Shown: one piece after another, positions 36,001 to 46,300 of the stretch | Layout: every line of letters starts with the position of its first letter | Position numbering within the stretch: the first letter of the stretch is position 1 | Assembly (NCBI RefSeq): GCF_037042905.1 | Contig: NC_087252.1 | Span: 11,038,001 to 11,102,000, forward strand | DNA: 64,000 nt | Direction: 5' to 3' | Origin: Lytechinus pictus | Lineage: Eukaryota | Translations under genes and position numbers: made by a program | The notes under the pieces: generated by a model | Told to the model about the DNA's origin: nothing | What the model saw: only the letters and a program-made list of their open reading frames with translations | The model's database searches: none

Positions 36001-39000
36001 TCGTTCAGGTTTTTATTCTCTTGACAAAAAAGAGGGAAAAAACAACGAAGCTTTACCTTTCTTCCATTTTCTCCTTTCGCTTTTTCTTTTTTTTTTTCTT
36101 TCCCCCTTTTTTTTTCTTTTTCTTTTTGGGAGCATTTTTTGGGGGGTGACCGCCCCCACCGCCCCCCCCCCCTGGCTACGCGCCTGTCACAAGAAGCAGA
36201 TCCAAGAGCACTTAAAAGTAAAAAAAAAAAGGAATTTCTATCAAATCCAGAATGATAACAACATTCTACTTTCATCCCAACAACATCTCCAAAGCGCTTT
36301 ACAGATATTACCCTGGTTATCAGATTCTGAAAAGCACAAAGAGATACAGATATTATTACCCTGGTTATCAGATTCTGAAATGCACAAACATTGTACAATG
36401 TATGCAAAGTAAACTCTACTTCCACTCCCTGGGGAGCATTCCAACAAGAGTGTCTGTCAAGGCTCAATTGCTAGCTGGAGTTTAAATGAGAGAACTGAAT
36501 TTCAGAATGGTAATAATAGCCCGGGGGGGGGGGGGGGGCCACTAACATTGACAAGTGGATACCATACGCGACCAAAAAACATGTAAAAAGGATGTCTTTT
36601 TCAAGATAGGGAACGGTACGTACGTAACGTGATAAGGGTGTCAAAAACACAAATATATTGAAAAAAGGGTATTTCGCTCGGAAAAATATATTCGTGTTTA
36701 GGGTCAAATATGCGGGATGATAAAACGAAATCAAAATTTTATAAAGGATGTCTATTTTGCCCCAACACTACGTTTAGAGTCCGATTTGCGCGAGGTGTGG
36801 AAGGTGGGGCCGTACTAAACCAAATTAATGGTGTGTAAAGGTAAAACCGACGATCGACGGACCCGTGACATAACAATAAAATATCGCTGTACTTGTTTAG
36901 GGGTTCATTTCAGGGAATACTTGCCAAGAGTATCGTTTTGTTTCCAATACTTGTTAAGGGGTGCATTTTCAGAATATGGAAAATACATCGCTGTACTTGT
37001 TTAGGAGCTCAATTCTGGGAATACTTGCCAATATTTGTTTCCAATACTTGTTAAGGGTAGGGTTTCACACGCCAATACTTGTTAAGGGGTGCATTTTCAG
37101 AATATGGAAAATACGTGTTTAGGTGCTTTTCAAGACCCCGTGGTCGCGCATGGTATCCACTCGTCAATGGAAGTGGCCCCTCCAGGAATAATAGGCATGC
37201 TAGGGAACAAGATTTTCTTACCTTGTACTTGCACAGTGATGTACTTAGCAACACTCAGAGTTGTTTCTGGATAATGGGCTGTACAGCCGTATTCACCTTC
37301 ATCGTCAACTTCAACATTTTTCACAGTGAGCTGGCCAAATGCCTCAATAAATTTTGCTGCAAGAGAAGGGGGAAAAGAGAGTAGAGCTCAATCGAGGTGT
37401 TATGAATTGAAAGAGGAAAATCTAAGAAGAAAAAAAAGCAGAATAGGATGATAAATGCATTAAGTTCTGGCATGTTAGGATTAGCAGGATTTGAGTGAAA
37501 TATATGTAGTTGTGATGCTATTAGATGCTATTAGTCTTACAAAGAGTTACGATTGATTCAATCAATCCAAACTGTACGGAGATTCATCCATACCACATTT
37601 TTTTCTACAGGACATTTGCACAATCTCCTCAGTAGACAAAGAGGATCACACTAAATACCTAGAAATATTTTGAACAAATTAGCATTTTCCATGTTGATGT
37701 TGCTGTCCGTCCATATTTGTGGTTGATCGGATCAATCTCAACTCTACATCCCCCTTTTCCTTTTTCTTATGTTATTACAAGAAATCATAATTGTTTAATT
37801 TTTTCATAAATGTGTAAATGATGAGTCTCCATTATGATGATATAAGTTGCAGCTAGAAATAACTAATGCCCTTAATCAGTTGTCAATCCAATTGTTTTAG
37901 TTCTTGGTATAATTTTTTTTTGAATAAACCTAATTTCATAAAATAAAATACAAAAGAACAAGTCGGGGATATGACATCATCAGCCCACCTAATGAATATT
38001 CATGAAGACCTGCTAATAACTGTTTTACCGGAATAACGCAAATCTCTATAATTAATAACTTTATTATTTGTCATCAGATTTTGATCAAATTTTCAGCATT
38101 TTTCTTTGCTTTGTGAAATTTTCTCCTTTTATTGCAATATAAATATCTTCAACCCGGAGCATCCCTTTAAAGTGCATATCAAAAGAGATGCCTAAAACAC
38201 AGTATTTTACTTGGACTTCCGACGGAACCGGCATCTTTCGTCCAAAACATCTGCAGTCCCTGATCGAGAGGCCTGGCCGTGCAGTAGATTGTTGAAGTGG
38301 TATTGTAGATAAGGGACTGCTCCTCTTCATCGCCATCATAGAGAGGAAATTCAATGTTTTCTGGAAAAGAAAAAAAAATAGTTCAAGTTAGATATATCCA
38401 AAGATTAAGACAAGTGGAAAGCCTATTTATCATACATTAATCATGTTTTTTTTCTCTCTATTTGCAATAATAAATTCTGGGATCTCACATGAGATCCCGG
38501 TCAAGATTAAATATCTGTTTTGGGGTTTTCTTTTGCTATAAAACCTTTAATATTTTTTATATGAAACCACTTCTCAAGCATTGGAAGAACTGGAATTTTC
38601 AGGAAATAATCATTGCCTTGCTGACCAGAGGCATTGATCCTGGAATTTGGCACATATTTTCAATTTATACAAACACTTGCTTGGGTGGTCATTTTATTGG
38701 ATTCTGTTTGAACTCATTTTGCGGTCGTTACCTACCACAACTGGTATTTATCTTTAAAAATACTCACTGAAGATTTGAACATTTCTCGTTATCGTTTGAT
38801 GCCCTTGCGCCTGGCACGAATAGAGACCCGCATCGCCGCCCAAAACGTTTCTAAAATGGATTCGGGTGAACCGACAAAGTGTGTCCGGGGTTGCACATTC
38901 TGTAGAGCTTTCCGTCTCAGTGACGTACACTCTGCCACTCCCTGAAAGATTGAAAAGAAAAGATGAAATTGGGCGTGGATCCAGGGGACGGGCACAGGGG

Positions 39001-42000
39001 ACACGTGCCACTTTTCGGGCCCCCTTTGAGAAATTTTAAAGCCCTGCATAAACTTCAAATGTGATAGGGCAATAAACATACTCAATAATAATAATAATAA
39101 TACATATGATTTATATAGCGTCTTTTCCATTTTGATCAAATGCTCAAGGCGCTTAGAAGAGAGCAAGACATTAAAGTAAAGAGAACTATAAAGAAAAGTA
39201 CAAGAAAGGGTAAATTAAAAATGAGGAAAAATTACTGTCTTCAAACCTAGTACCTGCTGGTGAACAAATGCAATTTTAAGTTGCCCTTAAAAGGATGTTG
39301 CAGAGTTTGAGTTCTTCAGCTCCTGTGGAAGTGAATTCCACAGGGCTGGTCCGGGATGAGCAAAGGCTCGATCGCCCCAGGATTTTTTAGATAGTGGGAT
39401 ATGCAAGAGACTAGATTGGGATGATCGCAGTGTGCGTGCAGGTTGATAGTGGTGTATAAGAGACTTGTTGTAATCGGGTGCGGATCCATTGATGATATGA
39501 TGAACCAAAAGTAGAATTTTGAAAACTATGCGATCCTTTATGGGCAACCAATGGAGGTCTTAAGAACAGGAGTGATGTGATCGTGTTTATTTGACAGAGA
39601 AACAATACGAGCTGCTGAATTCTGAAGTTTTTGAAGTCGGGTAATTTTAGAGTTAGGTATATTAAAGAGAAGACTATTACCGAAATCAAGACGTGAGGAA
39701 ATGAGTGAGTGCACAAGTTTCTCTGTTGCAGAATGATTTAAATATTTTCGAATGAAACCAATGTTGCGCAATTGATACCAGACAGATTTACAAATAGTTG
39801 TGACCTGATTTGACATTGACATTTGGGAATCAAAAATGACACAAAGATTGCGGTATGAATCAGAGAGAGGAACAGGATTACCGGCAATGAAAATGGAGTC
39901 TATGTTAAGTTTACTTAATTGAGATTTGGAGCCAAAAAGCATTAACTCATATTTACTGTGGTTTAGTTGCAGTGAATTTGATTTCATCCAGGTGTCAATA
40001 GCAGAAATGCAATTTTCCAAAATGCGCAAAGCTTGGGAAGCTTGAATTTGGTCCGGTGGAAAAGAGACAAAAACCTAAATATCATCGGCATAAATATGGT
40101 AATGAACAGGGTATTTTGAAAAATATGGCGAAGACAAAGACCGAGCAGGTAAATTGAAAATAAGGTCGGTCTGCCTACAGAGCCCTGCGGTACTCCACAA
40201 CCTAGTAATTTATCAGCAAATTCCACTGCATGTAAATGTAAGCTAATATGTAGATTTCAACCAATCATTTAATTAGGATCCCGATTGTTCATTAATCACT
40301 GCGAACAACGTGTACAACTACAGTGGTGTTCAAAATTAGTGAACCCCACCAGAAAATGAAAATACTTAAAGTGTTTAAGTTCTGCCATGTTTTAGATATT
40401 TCATTGTTGAGTAAGTCAGATAATTCGAGAAAGTTCCTTTCTATGGGCTTGCTGAACATTGTAATGTTGTTGTCTACATTCAACTCACAGCATGACGGAG
40501 TGCATTTCGTGGTGGGGTTCACTATAAACTTCTGAGCACAACTGTGCATACTTGAAAATCAATAAAACATGAATATAACACAGTAGTAATACCCAATACA
40601 GTGCACCACTGAATAGGCAACTAGATCATTGGCACGTCATAAATGCTAGACATGTTTTATTATTAGACAAAAGAAATGACGACAAGAATAAACAAGATTT
40701 AAAATTTGAAAAATGAATGAAAATGAAAGTTTTTACCGGCTGTTATAGCATTGCTTTGTTGATCTTCCCACCTTGGTTGGGGACCACTGATATCAGGGTT
40801 TTCACATTTGTAGAAGAAACCACTATCACCTTCAAACCTGGAATAGGAGTCCCTTGGAGTCACAATCAGTGAATCTGTTCAGAAAATAGAAAAATAACGA
40901 TTTAGTATTCCCCAAAATCAGCAAATTGTGCTAAAGGCACTGTGAACAGAAATACTGTACATCTACATGTATGTTACAAAATGAATGACGATGTATGGAA
41001 ACTACTGGAAGGCACTTTTAATTAATTGGGACTTTGAGATCTTGACCATGCATACTCTGAATCCTCCTTGAAATTATGAGGTATTGAAACAATATGCAAT
41101 TTGGTAAAAGTATCTGAAGTACTGTACCCTAGAGATGACTTGTATAGCATTGACTATAAATTAGCAATATACTCTGGGCCAGATTGAAAGGAAGGTAAAG
41201 CGTGTCAAATAAATTATAGGAAGGGGTTAAGTAGCCTTGCTTTAAACATTTGTAAAAATTTGTCAGCATTTATAAGCAGTCTTGCTTCTTAGGGGTCCTG
41301 ACCATTAAGTAATCTGTAACCTGTTATATTTTGAATGAGTTTGTTTGTATCATGTTATTGTTGTAAATATTTTGATGTCTTTTTAATGGTCAATAAATTG
41401 AAATTAAATTGAATTGAAATTGATACTGCAATACTAGTACATGTAGCTCTGATGGATTCACCATCTTGATATTGAATAAAGAGTTAATAGACCTAATGTA
41501 TGTACATGTACACTGGTATTGTACTTGTCTGGATGAAAATAGATGGAGAAGGCTTTGAAGAAACATGGCAAACGCATTATCTGCAGGCACAGCTCCTGAT
41601 CCATAATACTCAGTTTGATCAACAAGTTTGATCAACAAGTGGGTCTTCACTCTTCACGCAAGACTAGCAAAAACTTGCCGAAACTGGCCTCCTGTAACAC
41701 AAGTCATTGGCAGGGACTCTACATTTTCAGACCACTTTTTTTAATGAAGCTTTTGCACAGTAAGACGGGCTACGAGACTTTTCTGAATTTTCTCCAAATA
41801 AATAATTTATCAAATTTTGACTTTTAAAATCATATCGAAGTTGACTTAAAAAAAAATGTAAGTCAATATGCACTGTGATGTTACATTTTTCTCCTCCAAT
41901 TTTGAGCAAACATAATTGTTGATAAGAGCCTAATACTGTGCATTCTTATCTCCATGCAAAGTCAACAAAAAGTCCTCGAAGTGAAGTTTGTATTTCAATA

Positions 42001-43135
42001 AGCTGCACACGACCCAAATGATGATATGACTGTCCAATATTTGATCAGAAGCAGCTACCGTTGAACAAGGGTAACGAATAGATCCTGCAGAGATCCTTTC
42101 CTCAACTTGGAAAAAGTTATCTGGGTGGTCTGGATGTAGTACAAATGCATAGATCCACAGAAGGCCCCTCTCGTAATTTCAGGCAGGGGAAGTGGGGGGG
42201 GGGGGGCAGGGGTAATAAGTACAACATTTGGTGGATGATTCTTACCCAGCTGCCATATTGACTGCCATTTTTTTTTGTTTTTACCTACAATCTGCCAATC
42301 TTACAATGAGCCATTTCATCAAATAAAACATGGTTTTCTACTGGATGCATTTTACCAGTAGGCTACTACAGTATTTTCCAAGGAAAATTTGACAAGCAAA
42401 AAAAAAAAGTCTTCACTTTCAAAAGGGGGGCACTCTTCTGTTTTAATTTTTTAATTCCAAATTTTAATTTTGCTTCTCAAAAGGGGGACAAGGACTGGCT
42501 GTGCCCCCCCCCCTGCTGGATCCGCCAGTGCAGTACTAACTCTAAATATTTTCTCTTTTTTTTTTATTTCCGGGCCACTTCTCACAAGTATCTTACTATT
42601 TATGTAAATTAGCTTTAACACTGCCATGAAAGGGCATTTTCGTGGGCTCTTTTTAAAATTATTTTCCAGTGCTCTTTTGAGCATTTTACAGTGAGTGCAA
42701 TCATTATTTCTTCATTATAAAAATATAATTGCCTCAGGGAATTCTGTCTTGAACAGTTAGGCCTACATGTACTTGTAGTTAAACTGGGATCAACTTGATT
42801 TCCATCACCTTTTCAATTGGTTCATACTAATTACTACTTCAGTTCTACATTCATGCTTGTAGGCAAGCACCCTGCAACCAGTGGACCGACAGCTTAAACC
42901 TGTAAGGTCGTATAATCTACCATTAATATGATTACAATGTATTAATTTTAAATTATAAATGAAATAATTTTTGTCATCATTTTTATACAAATAACTTTCA
43001 TAATTTTATTAATATCACTATTTTTCATTCTTTCCATTATCATGATGCAATCATTATCATCATTATTATTAATAGTAGTACATACTAGTAGTAACTTAGT
43101 AGTAGTACTAGTAGTAATAGTATAGTAGTAGTAGC

Positions 43136-43223
<88 letters not shown>

Positions 43224-43324
43224 ATAGTATACATGTAGTACATGTAGTAGTACATGTAGCAGCAGCAGAAGTAGTAGTAGTAGTAGTGGTAGTAGTAGTA
43301 GTAGTAGTAGTAGTACTTGGTATC

Positions 43325-43398
<74 letters not shown>

Positions 43399-46300
43399 AA
43401 GAAGTAGAAGTATTATTTTTATTAAATTATTATCATTATTATTATAAACAACTACTACTACTACTACTACTATAATAATAATAATGATATAATGATGATA
43501 TATGTAATAATAATAATAATCATGATAATAACATCAATAATAATTATAATATGAGAAATACTAAATACTTAGATACTTATACATGGCATTTTTATAGTCC
43601 TACATATTTTCATACTGCTATACATGTAGGCCTACAGTGCATGTGACTACATAATTCATGCTTGAACTACATTGTAGATACGTGCTGCAAACACGATAAA
43701 AGGGTCGACTGTTTGCTACATGTAGAAAACCGTAGAACAGCAGGGTTTCATGTAATTATGGGCCTTTAGAAGTATAAAGTATGTACAGCCTATAATTTGT
43801 AGGCCCATGAATATGTTGTTATTTCCATAAAATATACAAAACAAAGAAACAGAAATCAGAATGAATTCAAGTCATGAAAACAGTAAGACAGCCTCAGGCA
43901 TATACATACACGCTGGTTCTGCATTTGATGATATTGAGACGATTAACAGAACTTTATGCACCCCTGATCAGTATGCAAATGAGGAGACTGCATAATCCAC
44001 ATTCCACTCACTACTTATTTTGTATTTTATTATGAAATATGGAATATTCTAATTAGGTGGTCTGTCATTAAGATGACAGATCACCTATTATATTCGTCAG
44101 AATTTACTTTATTTATTTTTATTGCCAAATCTTTGTCCACCTCTATCTCAAAATCGGGCATGTCAATTTCCTTGATTTTCATGTCATGTATGGGCATCAT
44201 TATGGACATGGGAATGGAAACTTTTCAAGGTTATCAAATCATGATGACGTCATCTAGGCGCCATTTTGTAAAATTAAATGATTGATCATATCATCGCAAC
44301 TAATCATAAAAAATCATCCATATTTGCATCATATCAAGTTCAGGTGACAGGTCATCAGGACATATCATCAGAGGTCATGCAAAGGTCACGACGCGCACGT
44401 ACGCGCGCGTCAAAATTTTAAATTTCCCCAAATCGACCGTGGTCAAGTTTGGGTACGTTTCTGGTCATTTTGAGCATGTCAAGAATTTGCGCGCGCACAG
44501 GTATGCGTGCGCGTTCTTGCACCTACCATCGTTATGCATCTTCGAGTCATCATTTCTTTCATGTCTTTCCATTGTTCATTATCTTCTGATTAATTTGATA
44601 CCTCATTCAGCCTCTTACGACCAATAATACGGGAATGCGCGTCCATTCAAATTTGCATTACGCGCGCGTAAATGGGCTAAAATATGCCTATATAAAATTC
44701 ACTGTAGCTCTTCAGGGAGTCCGTTGACCCCAATTTTTCTTTTCATATTCGAATAGAGTATGAATAGGAGATATGATTTCATGCCACATTTGACTCTTAA
44801 TTACATCGTGACGTCATCAAAATGGCGTCGGAACTAAGAACAAGTGTTTTCTGTTTCATGATGTCACCACAGTCATTTAAATTGATTTTAATTCCGTAAA
44901 TCTTGGTCTGTTCTCGCCAAATTTTCAATATGTTTTAGCTTAGAATGTATCCTTTAGACAATACCTCCACTGTTTCATTTTAAAGCTTGTACTATTCTCA
45001 AAACTAGAATTTGTAGAGTTTTGTCATCATGCCAATTTGGAATTGCAAGAATGTACATTCAATGTCAAGTTGACAATATGTTTCCTATTTTGCTCTCTGT
45101 GCTTGTCGAACACACTGTGGCCGACTGGATAACACACCTGACTGGTATACCAGGGTTCGGTGGTTCAAACCTCGCTGGACCCCCTTTTTTTTTTTTTTTT
45201 TTTTTGGGGTCCTTTTTAGGTGGTCTGTCATTAAGATGACAGATCACCTATTATATTCGTCAGAATTTACTTTATTTATTTTTATTGCCAAATCTTTGTC
45301 CACCTCTATCTCAAAATCGGGCATGTCAATTTCCTTGATTTTCATGTCATGTATGGGCATCATTATGGACATGGGAATGGAAACTTTTCAAGGTTATCAA
45401 ATCATGATGACGTCATCTAGGCGCCATTTTGTAAAATTAAATGATTGATCATATCATCGCAACTAATCATAAAAAATCATCCATATTTGCATCATATCAA
45501 GTTCAGGTGACAGGTCATCAGGACATATCATCAGAGGTCATGCAAAGGTCACGACGCGCACGTACGCGCGCGTCAAAATTTTAAATTTCCCCAAATCGAC
45601 CGTGGTCAAGTTTGGGTACGTTTCTGGTCATTTTGAGCATGTCAAGAATTTGCGCGCGCACAGGTATGCGTGCGCGTTCTTGCACCTACCATCGTTATGC
45701 ATCTTCGAGTCATCATTTCTTTCATGTCTTTCCATTGTTCATTATCTTCTGATTAATTTGATACCTCATTCAGCCTCTTACGACCAATAATACGGGAATG
45801 CGCGTCCATTCAAATTTGCATTACGCGCGCGTAAATGGGCTAAAATATGCCTATATAAAATTCACTGTAGCTCTTCAGGGAGTCCGTTGACCCCAAATTT
45901 TTTCTCACTCTTTTATATATTCAATATTTCATTTGGAGATTTTGTAATTACGTCAATTTTAAGTTATTAGTGAAAATTACATATTTCCGCAACAAACGTC
46001 AATGACTTGACCGTATCTTCGTTTTTACTGGTCAGTTTTCTTCCAAATTTTGATATCGTATAGTGAAGACAATTCTCTACAAATAACGTGTGAATAATTT
46101 TGACTTTTGACCACAGCATCAATGTGTTATGATGTGTTTAAATTTTTGCAAATTTTTTCTGGACGTAATTTTTGAGAAATTCTTTAGAGAAATGTTTTAT
46201 TAACCAATTGTACAGTCTTCCTGAAAATTTCAAGCCCACTTGCCTTGCATTTTTTTATGTAGGACAATTTTTGTAATTTTGCCGGAACTTTTTAAGGGGC

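Noticed and set aside
39287..40226. Active reverse transcriptase gene
   Set aside because: 5'-truncated and split over three frames
45112..45184. Functional tRNA gene
   Set aside because: A and B boxes are present but the acceptor and anticodon stems do not close; treated as a SINE head or pseudogene
44073..45790. Duplicated 70-aa and 62-aa ORFs as tandem genes
   Set aside because: They lie in the duplicated 5' end of a non-autonomous element and have no splice or domain support
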